A DNA stretch of 62,112 bases from an uncultured Deinococcaceae bacterium (lineage in GTDB: Bacteria > Deinococcota > Deinococci > Deinococcales > Deinococcaceae). The translations under genes and the position numbers were made by a program. Positions 9,414-18,619 of this stretch are shown here, piece after piece. Location of the stretch: positions 1-62,112 of the forward strand of contig CAXULY010000033.1 of the NCBI GenBank assembly GCA_964252075.1, given 5' to 3'. Under the pieces are notes generated by a model, which searched no databases, was not told the origin of the DNA, and saw only the letters and a program-made list of their open reading frames with translations. How positions within the stretch are numbered: the first letter of the stretch is position 1; the number at the start of each line of letters is the position of its first letter.

Positions 9414-10706
9414 TCACTTGCAGAAGCGGTTCAGGCGGGGCTGCACGCGGCTCTCGACCTGCGCGAGGGCCGTCTTGGGGTCACTCTGGCCCAGGGTCAC
9501 GCTGTTCTGCGCGCGCGTGAGTTCATCCCAGTACAGCGCGCCGACCGGCAGCGCCGGGCGGGACTTGCTGTTCGGCAGCAGCGTCTGGAAGAACGCCTCG
9601 TTGGCGTTCACGGCGGACTTGTCGCTCAGCAGCGCCTTCCAGGTGGGCAGGTGGCTGGAGTCGCGCGAGTAGATGCGCTGGCCTTCCTGGCCCGCCATGA
9701 ACTTGATGAACTCCACGGTCTCCTTGGGGTGCTTCGCGCCGCGCGGCATCACGACCGACCAGCCGCCCGACCAGCTGGTCTTCTGGCCGTCCGGGGTGGG
9801 GATGTACGTCACGCCGTACTCCGCTTTCGGCGCGAACTCCTTCATGGTGGAGAGCATCCAGTCGCCTGTGATGACCATGGCGGCGCGGCCCGTCACGAAG
9901 GGGTCCTGGGCGGGCGGGTAGTTCTGCGGCGCGTACGTCGTCACGAACGCCTGGGCTTTCTGCGGGTCCATGGCCTTGGCCCAGTCGGACAGGAACTGGA
10001 AGCCCGCCTCGACGCCCGCGTTGGTGGGCGTGACCTTGCAGGCCTTCACGTCCGCGAAGCTGCCGCCGAAGGCGTACCCCCAGGTGTAGTGCCAGCCCTG
10101 GTTCAGCCACGGAATGAACCCCACCTGCGTGTACTGCCCCTTGCTGTTGGTCTTGTTGAGCTTCATGGCGATGGCCTGGAAGGCCTTGATGTTCATGGGG
10201 CCCTTGGCGGGGTTGAACGGCGCGAGGTCCACGCCCGCCTGCCGCAGGATGTCCTTGCGGTAGAACAGCACGCGCGCGTCCGTGTCGAAGGGCAGGCCGT
10301 AGGTTTTGTTCTGGAACTGCGTTTCGTTCCACGCGAAGGGCAGGTAGCTGTTCGCGAGGTTCTGCCCGCCCAGGTACGGCGTGAGGTCCTCCAGCAATCC
10401 CGCCGAGGCGCGCTCCGCGACGGTGAAGCGGTCCAGCAGGTAGATGTCCGGTCCGCGGTTCGCGGCGACGGCCGCCGTGAGCTTCGCGGAGTCCGTCTCG
10501 CCGCCCGCGACCGTCACGACCTTCACGGTGATGCCCGGGTGGCTCTTCGTGAACTCCGTGGCGATGCGGTTGAAGGCGCGCACCTCGGCGGGCAGGTTCT
10601 GCACCTCCCACAAGGTGAGCTGAACGGGCGCCTGCGCGGCCGCCTGGGTCGCGAACAGGCCGAGCGTGACGGCAGCCGACAAGACAGTCCATGTGCGGTG
10701 GATCAT
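9414..10706 (-). CDS. Sugar ABC transporter substrate-binding protein
   Basis: Signal peptide, GPDI, YGLPFDTD..LFYRKD, F.TGRAAM; GGAGG SD before ATG 10706. Confidence 0.92.
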   Translation of the reverse strand: MIHRTWTVLSAAVTLGLFATQAAAQAPVQLTLWEVQNLPAEVRAFNRIATEFTKSHPGITVKVVTVAGGETDSAKLTAAVAANRGPDIYLLDRFTVAERASAGLLEDLTPYLGGQNLANSYLPFAWNETQFQNKTYGLPFDTDARVLFYRKDILRQAGVDLAPFNPAKGPMNIKAFQAIAMKLNKTNSKGQYTQVGFIPWLNQGWHYTWGYAFGGSFADVKACKVTPTNAGVEAGFQFLSDWAKAMDPQKAQAFVTTYAPQNYPPAQDPFVTGRAAMVITGDWMLSTMKEFAPKAEYGVTYIPTPDGQKTSWSGGWSVVMPRGAKHPKETVEFIKFMAGQEGQRIYSRDSSHLPTWKALLSDKSAVNANEAFFQTLLPNSKSRPALPVGALYWDELTRAQNSVTLGQSDPKTALAQVESRVQPRLNRFCK

Positions 10707-10763
10707 GGTGTACCTCCGTGGGTTGTGGGGCGCTCGGGGTCGGCCGGTGGGGCGCGTCACGCG

Positions 10764-12011
10764 TCAGCTGGGTGGGGCAAGCATCAGGACCTCGCTTTCG
10801 GGGCCGTCCGGCCCGGGCTCGGGTGCCCCCGCCCGCGGTTTCTTGAGCAGGGTGTGGGGTTTGGGGGAGAGCATCTGGTAGATGGGCAGCGTGGCGGCGC
10901 CGAGGCTGGCGGCGTCCTGCACGAACTGCCCAACGGCGAGGTCCACGTGGGTGAGGCTGCGTCCGTGCTGCCGCGCGTGGCGCTCCAGGCGCCCGATGAG
11001 GTCGCGCAGGAGTGCTTCGGGCAGGCGGCCGCCGAAGATCACGGCCTGCGGGACGAGCAGTTGAGCGACGGCGTTCAGCGCGACGTGCAGTTTCTCCGCG
11101 GCGTCCGTGAGCCACGACGTGAGGGCCGGGTGCTGCGCCGCGTGCAGGGTGCTCAGGTGATCCGGGCTGGTGTCCGTCACGCCGCATGCCTCCAGGTGCG
11201 CGTGCAGCGCCGCGAGGGAGGCGTACTGCTCCAGGCAGCCGCGCTCGCCGCAGCTGCAGGGCCGCCCGCCGGGCACCACCGTGACGTGCCCGATCTCGCC
11301 CGCGTTGCCGTTGTGCCCGCTGTACGGCTCGCCGCCCAGCACGAGGCCGCCGCCGAGGCCCACCCCGAAGAACACGTAGCAGAAGTCCGGCACGTGGCGG
11401 CCCGCGCCGTACCACAGTTCCCCGATGGCGGCGGCGGTGGCGTCGTTCTCCACGAAGAGCGGCAGGGTGGTGTGCGGCGCGAGCAGGTCCCGCACGGAGA
11501 TGTCGTCCCAGCCGGGGAAGTTCGGGGGGTTCACGAGGCGCCCGGTGCTGACCTCGAAGGGCCCGGGCATGGCGATGCCCAGGCCGTACAGGGACCGCCG
11601 GATGTCGTCGTCCGCCGCGAAGTCGTCCAGGGCGGCGCGCATGAGGTCCAGCGCGACCGCCGGGGTGGGGAAGCTGGTGTCCACCAGCACGCGGCGGTGC
11701 ACGACGCCCGTGAGGTCCACGAGGACCGCCGTGAAGTGGTCGCGGTCCAGTTGCAGGCCGATGGAGTACCCGGCGGTGGGGTTCAGGACGATCTCAGCGG
11801 CGGGCTTGCCGCGCTGTCCCTGGCGCAGGCCCGCGCGGCGCACCACGTGGCCGTCCAGCAGGACGTTCACGATGTTGTGCACGGTCTGCGGGGTGAGGGA
11901 GGTGAGGCGCGCGAGTTCCGCCTGCGTGATGGGTCCATTCAGCCGCACGGCGTCCAGGATGACGCGCAGGTTGTACTGTCGAGCGTACTCGATGTTCGTC
12001 CCAGTGGGCAT
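10764..12011 (-). CDS. ROK-family transcriptional repressor
   Basis: N-terminal HTH, ENDATAAA, GNAGEIGH, CSCGERGCLE zinc motif. Confidence 0.93.
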   Translation of the reverse strand: MPTGTNIEYARQYNLRVILDAVRLNGPITQAELARLTSLTPQTVHNIVNVLLDGHVVRRAGLRQGQRGKPAAEIVLNPTAGYSIGLQLDRDHFTAVLVDLTGVVHRRVLVDTSFPTPAVALDLMRAALDDFAADDDIRRSLYGLGIAMPGPFEVSTGRLVNPPNFPGWDDISVRDLLAPHTTLPLFVENDATAAAIGELWYGAGRHVPDFCYVFFGVGLGGGLVLGGEPYSGHNGNAGEIGHVTVVPGGRPCSCGERGCLEQYASLAALHAHLEACGVTDTSPDHLSTLHAAQHPALTSWLTDAAEKLHVALNAVAQLLVPQAVIFGGRLPEALLRDLIGRLERHARQHGRSLTHVDLAVGQFVQDAASLGAATLPIYQMLSPKPHTLLKKPRAGAPEPGPDGPESEVLMLAPPS

Positions 12012-12059
12012 GCGACTCCTCTGGCCGTGCAGCTTGGGCTTTACAGATGTGGATGGCAA

Positions 12060-12088
12060 GATTTATAAACCAAGATGATTTAAAAATC
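12060..12088. promoter_or_regulatory. Probable ROK operator between divergent ROK/ABC and GH38 genes
   Basis: GATTTATAAA-N9-TTTAAAAATC, 10-bp arms with one mismatch. Confidence 0.6.
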
Positions 12089-12132
12089 AAGGTGGGCGTT
12101 CAGGCTCCAGGACGCCCGGAAAGCGAGACCCC

Positions 12133-15100
12133 ATGAACGGTGCCGACCCCGTACAGCAGGTGCTGCAACACCTCTCCCCGCGCCTCATTGACCTCTCCGC
12201 GTGGCGCGACCGCTTCGCCCAGCCCCTCACGAACGGTGCGTTCGAGGCGGACGGCCACACCCACCCCATCAGCGAGGGCGACGCGTGGCCCGCCCGCAGC
12301 CTGCCCGTCACCGTGCGCTTCACCGCCACGGTGCCCGAGGCGTGGCGCGGCCTGCCCGTCCACGTGCGCCTGCAGCCGGGCGGCGAGGCGCTGCTGCGCG
12401 TGAACGGCGAGGCGGTCGGCGGCCTGAACCCCTACCACCTCGAACACCCCCTGATCGCTCAGGCGCAGGGCGGCGAGACCCTCAGCATCGAACTGGAAGT
12501 CGTGCCGCGCGGGCTGTTCGGCACGCCCGTGCACGCGAACGCCCTGCGCGTCGCGCGCCTCCTCGTGCCGGACACCGAGGTGCGCGCCGCCCTGCAGGAC
12601 TTCTGGGCGGCGCAGGACGCCGCCGCGCAACTCCTGCGCGCGAACCGCGCGGACATCGCGGCGCTCGTCGCGGACACCCTGCGCGCCGCCGCCGCAGAGC
12701 TGCACCTCCCGCGCGGCGACACCGCCGCGTACCTCGCGCGCCTCGCGCACGCCCCCACCGAGGAGCGCCTGGAGCAGCTGGGGCTGACCGGTGGGTCCGT
12801 CGCGTCGCGCATGGCGGTCGAACTGATGCCCTCGGCGGGCCAGCGCCTCTCGCACCTATGGGAGGAATACCAGCACCCCGAGCCCGCCGATCAGCTGCCC
12901 GACGCGGCGCGCGCCTCCCTGGGCGCGGCGCGCGCCGCCCTGGCGGACGGGCTCGCCGCCGTGCGCCAGCGCCACCCGTCCGACGGGCGGCTGTGGCTGA
13001 CGGGGCACGCGCACATCGACCTCGCGTGGCTGTGGCCGCTCGCGGAGACGCGCCGCAAGGCCCGCCGCACCTTCGCCACCGTGCTCACCCTGATGGAGCA
13101 GCACCCGGACTTCCACTTCAACCAGTCCAGCGCGCAACTCTACGCCTTCGTGGAGCAGGACGACCCCGCGCTGTTCGAGCGCATCCGGCAGCGCGTCGCG
13201 GAGGGCCGCTGGGACGTGGTGGGCGGCATGTGGGTGGAGCCAGACGGGAACCTCATCTCTGGGGAGTCGTGGGCGAGGCAGCTCCTGTTCGGGCAGCGGT
13301 ACTTCGAGAGCCGCTTCGGGCGGCGCTCGCGCGTGTGCTGGCTGCCCGACACCTTCGGGTACGCCGCGAACCTCCCGCAGTTCCTGCAGCAGGCGGGCAT
13401 CCCGTACTTCTTCACCACCAAACTCAGCTGGAACGAGACGAACGCCTTCCCCTACGACCTGTACCGCTGGGAGGCGCTGGACGGCACGCGCGTGCTGGCG
13501 CACAGCTTCATGAACCCCAACCAGGGCTACAACGGGCTGGTGCTGGGCGTGGACCTCTCCGAGACGTGGCGGAACTTCAAGGGCAAACGTCAGCACGACG
13601 AGAGCCTCTTCGCCTTCGGATACGGCGACGGCGGCGGCGGCCCCACCGACGAGATGCTGGAGCGCTACGCGCGCCTGCGGGACTTCCCCGGCCTGCCGAA
13701 GCTGCAGCAGGGCCGCGTCGCAGACTTCTACGACCGCGTGCCGCAGGGCGACCTGCCCGTGTGGGTGGGCGAGCAGTACCTCGAACTGCACCGCGGCACC
13801 TACACCACGCAGGGCCGCGTGAAGTACCTGAACCGCCGCGCGGAGCACGCGCTCGTGCAGGCGGACGCCGCGACCGCCCTCGCGCGGCGCCTCGCGGCGC
13901 ACGAGACGGACCGCGCGGCGCTCACGGGCGCGTGGGAGGCGCTGCTGCGCAACCAGTTCCACGACATCCTGCCGGGAAGCGGCATTCACACCATCAACGC
14001 CGAGGCGCGCGAGGAACTCGGCGCGGCGGTGAACACCGCCACCCGTGCGCGCGACGCGGCGCTCGCCGCCCTGAGCGCGCAGGTGCAGCGCGACGGCGAG
14101 GCCGTGGCGGTGTGGAACCTCTCGGGCGTGGACCGCCCCCTGCGCGCCCGCCTGCCTTGGCCGGAGGGCCGCGAGGGGCGCTTCGTGACGCCCGGCGGTC
14201 AGGTCGTCATGGCGCAGCGCGACGGCGCGCACCTCCTGCTGAGCGCCCCGGACGTGCAGGTGCCGGGCCTCGGGTACACCACCCTGCTGGTGCAGGACGG
14301 CTCCCTGGAAGCCCCCGCCGAGGGCGCCGGGGATGACCTGCTGCTCGAGAACGAGCGCCTGCGCGTGCAGGTCGCGCCGGACGGCACGCTCGCGTCCGTG
14401 TGGGACAAGGTTGCGGGCCGCGAGGCGCTCGCGGGGCGCGGCAACCAGATCCTCGCGCACGAGGACCTGCCGCGCCTCTGGGACGCCTGGGACGTGGACG
14501 CGCAGGACACCCGCAGCGGCACGGAAGTCCTGGCGAGCGAGGCGCCCACCCGCACCGCCAGCGGCGCGCGCCAGAGCGTGCGCGTCCTGCGCCGCCTCGG
14601 CGACGCCGAGATCGAGCAGACCTACCACCTGGATGCCGGGCGGCCCGTGCTGGAGATCGAGACGCACCTGCGCTGGACGGGCCGCCGCACCATGCTGCGC
14701 GCGCACTTCCCGCTGAACGTGCGCGCGCTGAGCGCCACCTACGAGACCGCGTACGGCGCCGTGACGCGCAGCACGCACCGCAACACCAGCTGGGAGGCCG
14801 CGCAGTTCGAGGTGCCCGCGCACCGCTGGGCGGACCTCAGCGAGGGGGACTTCGGCGTGAGCCTCCTGAACGACGGCAAGTACGGCCACAGCGCCAGCAC
14901 GAACGCGCTGAACCTCACGCTGCTGCGCTCTCCCATCTACCCGGACCCCACCGCCGACGAGGGCGAGCAGCACTTCACGTACGCCCTGTACCCGCACGTG
15001 GGCGACTGGCGCGCGGGCACCACCGACGAGGCCTTCGACCTGAACGCCCCGCAGGTCGCGGTGCACAGCGCCGCCCCCGCGGACGGCGCGCGCCTGCCCG

Positions 15101-15357
15101 CCGAGGCTCGGCTGGTGGGGGTGGAGGGCGGCGGCCTGCGCCTCGCGGCCCTCAAGGACGCCGAGGAGGACGGCGCCCTGATCCTGCGCGCGTACGACGC
15201 GCTCGGCACGCGCGGCGAGGCGCGCGTCACGCTTCACCCCGCGCTGGCCGGGGGCGGCTGGACGCGCGTGAACCTGCTGGAGGAACCCGCGCAGGACCCC
15301 GCCGACCTGACGTTCGGCCCGTACACCGTCCTGACCCTGAAGCGCAGCGAAGCGTGA
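12133..15357 (+). CDS. GH38 alpha-mannosidase
   Basis: GHAHIDLAWLWP, WLPDTFG, GYGDGGGGP, YLELHRG, QFHDILPG. Confidence 0.95.
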   Translation: MNGADPVQQVLQHLSPRLIDLSAWRDRFAQPLTNGAFEADGHTHPISEGDAWPARSLPVTVRFTATVPEAWRGLPVHVRLQPGGEALLRVNGEAVGGLNPYHLEHPLIAQAQGGETLSIELEVVPRGLFGTPVHANALRVARLLVPDTEVRAALQDFWAAQDAAAQLLRANRADIAALVADTLRAAAAELHLPRGDTAAYLARLAHAPTEERLEQLGLTGGSVASRMAVELMPSAGQRLSHLWEEYQHPEPADQLPDAARASLGAARAALADGLAAVRQRHPSDGRLWLTGHAHIDLAWLWPLAETRRKARRTFATVLTLMEQHPDFHFNQSSAQLYAFVEQDDPALFERIRQRVAEGRWDVVGGMWVEPDGNLISGESWARQLLFGQRYFESRFGRRSRVCWLPDTFGYAANLPQFLQQAGIPYFFTTKLSWNETNAFPYDLYRWEALDGTRVLAHSFMNPNQGYNGLVLGVDLSETWRNFKGKRQHDESLFAFGYGDGGGGPTDEMLERYARLRDFPGLPKLQQGRVADFYDRVPQGDLPVWVGEQYLELHRGTYTTQGRVKYLNRRAEHALVQADAATALARRLAAHETDRAALTGAWEALLRNQFHDILPGSGIHTINAEAREELGAAVNTATRARDAALAALSAQVQRDGEAVAVWNLSGVDRPLRARLPWPEGREGRFVTPGGQVVMAQRDGAHLLLSAPDVQVPGLGYTTLLVQDGSLEAPAEGAGDDLLLENERLRVQVAPDGTLASVWDKVAGREALAGRGNQILAHEDLPRLWDAWDVDAQDTRSGTEVLASEAPTRTASGARQSVRVLRRLGDAEIEQTYHLDAGRPVLEIETHLRWTGRRTMLRAHFPLNVRALSATYETAYGAVTRSTHRNTSWEAAQFEVPAHRWADLSEGDFGVSLLNDGKYGHSASTNALNLTLLRSPIYPDPTADEGEQHFTYALYPHVGDWRAGTTDEAFDLNAPQVAVHSAAPADGARLPAEARLVGVEGGGLRLAALKDAEEDGALILRAYDALGTRGEARVTLHPALAGGGWTRVNLLEEPAQDPADLTFGPYTVLTLKRSEA

Positions 15358-15455
15358 AGGTCACCCGTTGACCCGCGCGTGGTGAACTGAGCGTCGGGAT
15401 TCGTGGCGCCCGCGCCCCACCGGGGGATGCCGGGCGCCGCGCTGGAGGTGAATGC

Positions 15456-16592
15456 ATGAAAATCGAGCGGATCGAGACGTTCTTCGTGCCGCCGCGCTGG
15501 CTGTTCGTGCGGGTGGAGGCGGGGGGGCTGGTCGGCTGGGGCGAGGCGAGCCTGGAGGGGCACGCCGAAGCGGTGGACGGCGCCATCGACGCCCTGCGCG
15601 ACCGCTTCATCGGGCAGGACGCCCGGCGCATCGAGGAACTCTGGCAGACCGCCTACCGCGGCGGCTTCTACCGCGGCGGTCCCGTCCTGATGTCCGCGCT
15701 GAGCGGCCTCGACCAGGCGCTGTGGGACCTCAAGGGCCGCGCGCTGGGCCTCCCGGTGTGGGAACTGCTGGGCGGGCAGGTGCGTGAGCGCGTGCAGGCC
15801 TACGCCTGGATCGGTGGGGACCGCCCCAGCGAGGTCACGGAGGCCGCACAGGCGCGGCGCGCGCAGGGCTTCACGGCCGTGAAGATGAACGCCACCGCCG
15901 AACTCGGTCACCTGGAGCGCCCCGCCGCCCTGGACGCGGTGCTGGCGCGCGTGCAGGCGGCGCAGGCGGCGGGCCTGGACGTGGCGCTGGACTTCCACGG
16001 TCGCGTGCACAAACCCATGGCGAAGCAGCTCGTGAAGTTGCTGGAGCCGCTGCGGCTGCTGTTCATCGAGGAGCCGCTGCTCAGCGAGCACCCGGAGGCG
16101 CTCAGGGAACTCAGCGGCCTGACGGGCACGCCCATCGCGCTCGGCGAACGGCTGTACTCGCGCTGGGACTTCAAGCCCTTCCTGGCGAGCGGCTTCGTGG
16201 ACGTCATCCAGCCGGACCTGTCGCACGCCGGGGGGATCTCCGAGGTGCGGCGCATCGCCGCGATGGCCGAGGCGTACGACGTGGCGGTCGCGCCGCACTG
16301 CCCGCTGGGGCCGCTGGCGCTCGCGGCGTGCCTGCAACTCGCGGGCTGCACGCCGAACGTGGTGCTGCAGGAGATGTCCCTCGGCATTCACTACAACGAG
16401 GGGCACGACCTGCTGACCTTCGTGACGAACCCCGAGGTGCTCACGCCCGTGGAGGGCCACCTGACGATCCCGCAGGGCCCCGGCCTCGGCGTGCAGATTG
16501 ACGAGGACGCGGTGCGCGCCGCGCACGCGCAGCGCCACCGCTGGCGCAACCCTCTGTGGCGCCACGCCGACGGCAGCCTCCTCGAATGGTGA
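15456..16592 (+). CDS. dgoD: D-galactonate dehydratase (mandelate racemase/enolase superfamily)
   Basis: VPPRWLF, FYRGGPVLMSA, DFHGRVHKPMAK, APHCPLGP, SLGIHYN, WRNPLWR..DGS. Confidence 0.92.
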   Translation: MKIERIETFFVPPRWLFVRVEAGGLVGWGEASLEGHAEAVDGAIDALRDRFIGQDARRIEELWQTAYRGGFYRGGPVLMSALSGLDQALWDLKGRALGLPVWELLGGQVRERVQAYAWIGGDRPSEVTEAAQARRAQGFTAVKMNATAELGHLERPAALDAVLARVQAAQAAGLDVALDFHGRVHKPMAKQLVKLLEPLRLLFIEEPLLSEHPEALRELSGLTGTPIALGERLYSRWDFKPFLASGFVDVIQPDLSHAGGISEVRRIAAMAEAYDVAVAPHCPLGPLALAACLQLAGCTPNVVLQEMSLGIHYNEGHDLLTFVTNPEVLTPVEGHLTIPQGPGLGVQIDEDAVRAAHAQRHRWRNPLWRHADGSLLEW

Positions 16593-16639
16593 GTGGGGCG
16601 TGGGGTGACGTGGGCGCCCCACGCGCCTTAAGGTGAGGC

Positions 16640-17194
16640 GTGAGCGAGGACTTCCGCGCCCTGCTGCGCGAGTGGGACACCTTCGCCCTGCTGGTCAGCA
16701 CGGCGGGCGCGACCCTGGCGGGCCTGATGTTCGTGGGCCTCTCGCTCGGCGAACGCATGATCCGGGGTCGGGACGGCGTGCCGCTCCTGCGCGCGTACAC
16801 CGACCCGACCCTGCTGTGCTTCGTGCTGAGCCTCGCGACCGGCGCGCTGCTGCTCATCCCTGACCTGAACGCCGTCACCTTCGGGGCGCTGATGCTGCTG
16901 GTGGGCGCGCTGAGCTTCGCGTACAGCCTGCGCATCCTGCGCCAGATGCGCCGCGAGGGCCAGACGACCACCACCTGGGACGCCTCGGACTGGCTGTGGT
17001 TCGTGCTGATACCCCTGCTGTGCGCGCTGCTGCTGGCCGGTGCGGGCGCGCTCGCGCTGCGCGGCGAGGGCCGGGCCGCCCTCGCCGTCACGGGCGCGGT
17101 GCTGCTGGTGCTGCTCGTGATGGGCATCCGCAACGCCTGGGACCTCGTGGCGTACGCCGTCGCGCACCTCCCCGCGCCGGACGGCGAGGACTGA
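16640..17194 (+). CDS. Hypothetical membrane protein (5 TM)
   Basis: W..F..TAGATLAGLMFV..S and GIRNAWDLV motifs; AAGGTGAGG before GTG. Confidence 0.75.
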   Translation: MSEDFRALLREWDTFALLVSTAGATLAGLMFVGLSLGERMIRGRDGVPLLRAYTDPTLLCFVLSLATGALLLIPDLNAVTFGALMLLVGALSFAYSLRILRQMRREGQTTTTWDASDWLWFVLIPLLCALLLAGAGALALRGEGRAALAVTGAVLLVLLVMGIRNAWDLVAYAVAHLPAPDGED

Positions 17195-17292
17195 GCGCGC
17201 AGGCCGCACGCACCGCGGGAACAGCGCGTCCGGCGGGGCTGAGGACACATTCCTGGCGGGGGCGGGCGCTACAGTGATCCTCGGCGCAAGCC

Positions 17293-17450
17293 ATCCTTCG
17301 GGGCGGGGTGCAATTCCCCACCGGCGGTGATTCGCGCGGCCAGCCATGCCGCGCGGGAAGCCCGCGAAGCCCGACCGAGTTGCAGTGCAGGTCAGGCCCG
17401 ATCCGGTGCGAATCCGGGGCCGACGGTGACAGTCCGGATGAGAGAAGGAG
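17293..17450 (+). ncRNA. FMN riboswitch (RFN element)
   Basis: TCCTTCGGGGCGGGGTGCAATTCCCCACCGGCGGT...AGCCCGCGA...GATCCGGTGCGAATCCGGGGCCGACGGT..AGTCCGGATGAGAGAAGGA follows the RFN consensus. Confidence 0.95.
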
Positions 17451-17625
17451 GGAGCCGACCCACACCCCGTGGGTCGGCGTCACACCTGTATACCGGTTCC
17501 GATCCACCCTGGGCGCCCGCGCGCGCACACCCGCAGCCTGAACGCAGGCCGCGCCGCCGTCTGCCCGCCCGCACCCGCCGCGCCCGCGGTGGGCGCCTCA
17601 CCATGCCGAATCAAGGAAGTGACCC

Positions 17626-18588
17626 ATGCCCAAGCGCCTGATCCGCGCGCTCCTCACCGGCCTGCTCGCCGTGAGCGCCTCCGCCCTCGCCCAACGCACC
17701 GTGACCATCGGCCTGGGGTACGTGCCGAACGTGCAGTTCACGCCGTTTTACGCCGCCGACAAGCTCGGGTACTTCAAGGCCGAGGGCCTCACCGTGAAGT
17801 TCCAGCACGGCTACGTCTCCGAACTGCTGCCGCTGCTGCTGCAGGGCAAACTGGATTTTCTGGTGGGCGACGCCGAGGACGCCATCTTCGCGCGCGCGCA
17901 GGGCGCGCCCGTGAAGTACGTCATGGCGCTCTACCAGCGGGTGCCCGTCACGGTGTTCTCGCTGCCGAAGGCGAACATCAAGGCGCCCGCGAACCTGCGG
18001 GGCAAGACCATCGGCATTCCCGGTGCGTTCGGCAGCAGCTACTTCGCGCTGCAGGCCCTGCTGGACAGCGCGGGCCTCAGGGAGAACGACGTGCGGCTCG
18101 CCACCATCGGCTTCACGCAGCTGGACGCCGTGCGGTCCGGCAAGGTGGACGCCGCCGTGGGGTACGTGAACAACGAGGTGGTGCAGCTGCGCGCGTCGGG
18201 CATCACGCCGAACACCCTGGACGTGACCGCCGCGTACCCGATGGTCGGCTCCGGCCTCATGACGACCGACGCGAACCTCAAGGGCGACCTCGCCCGCAAG
18301 GTGGTGCGCGCCAGCCAGCGCGGCCTGGCGTTCACGCTGCAGGACCCCACGCGCGCCTTCGCGCTCGGCAAGGCGGTCTTCGGGACGGGCGGCGGCAGCC
18401 TCGACGTGCTGAAGGCCAGCATGACGCTGGTGCGCAGCGCGTACACCAGCAAGTACGGCCTGGGCGCCAGCGACCCGCAGGCCTGGACCAAGGCCGTCGC
18501 CTTCCTGAAGAAGAGCGGCAAGCTGCCCGCCAGCGTGAACGCCGCGGACTTCTTCAGCAACGCGGTCGTGAGCAAGACCCTGCACTGA
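17626..18588 (+). CDS. NMT1/THI5-like ABC substrate-binding protein, probable riboflavin binding (RibY-like)
   Basis: LGYVPNVQFTPFY, GKTIGIPGAFGSSY; downstream of FMN riboswitch. Confidence 0.85.
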   Translation: MPKRLIRALLTGLLAVSASALAQRTVTIGLGYVPNVQFTPFYAADKLGYFKAEGLTVKFQHGYVSELLPLLLQGKLDFLVGDAEDAIFARAQGAPVKYVMALYQRVPVTVFSLPKANIKAPANLRGKTIGIPGAFGSSYFALQALLDSAGLRENDVRLATIGFTQLDAVRSGKVDAAVGYVNNEVVQLRASGITPNTLDVTAAYPMVGSGLMTTDANLKGDLARKVVRASQRGLAFTLQDPTRAFALGKAVFGTGGGSLDVLKASMTLVRSAYTSKYGLGASDPQAWTKAVAFLKKSGKLPASVNAADFFSNAVVSKTLH

Positions 18589-18619
18589 CCGCCGGAAGGG
18601 GCGATTCAGCGCGCCCGGT

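Noticed and set aside
8493..12068. Very long antisense/alternate-frame ORFs (e.g. 8493-12068 +, 24082-27561 -, 21141-23876 -, 48526-51024 -)
   Set aside because: Shadow frames of real genes caused by high GC3; no recognisable motifs.
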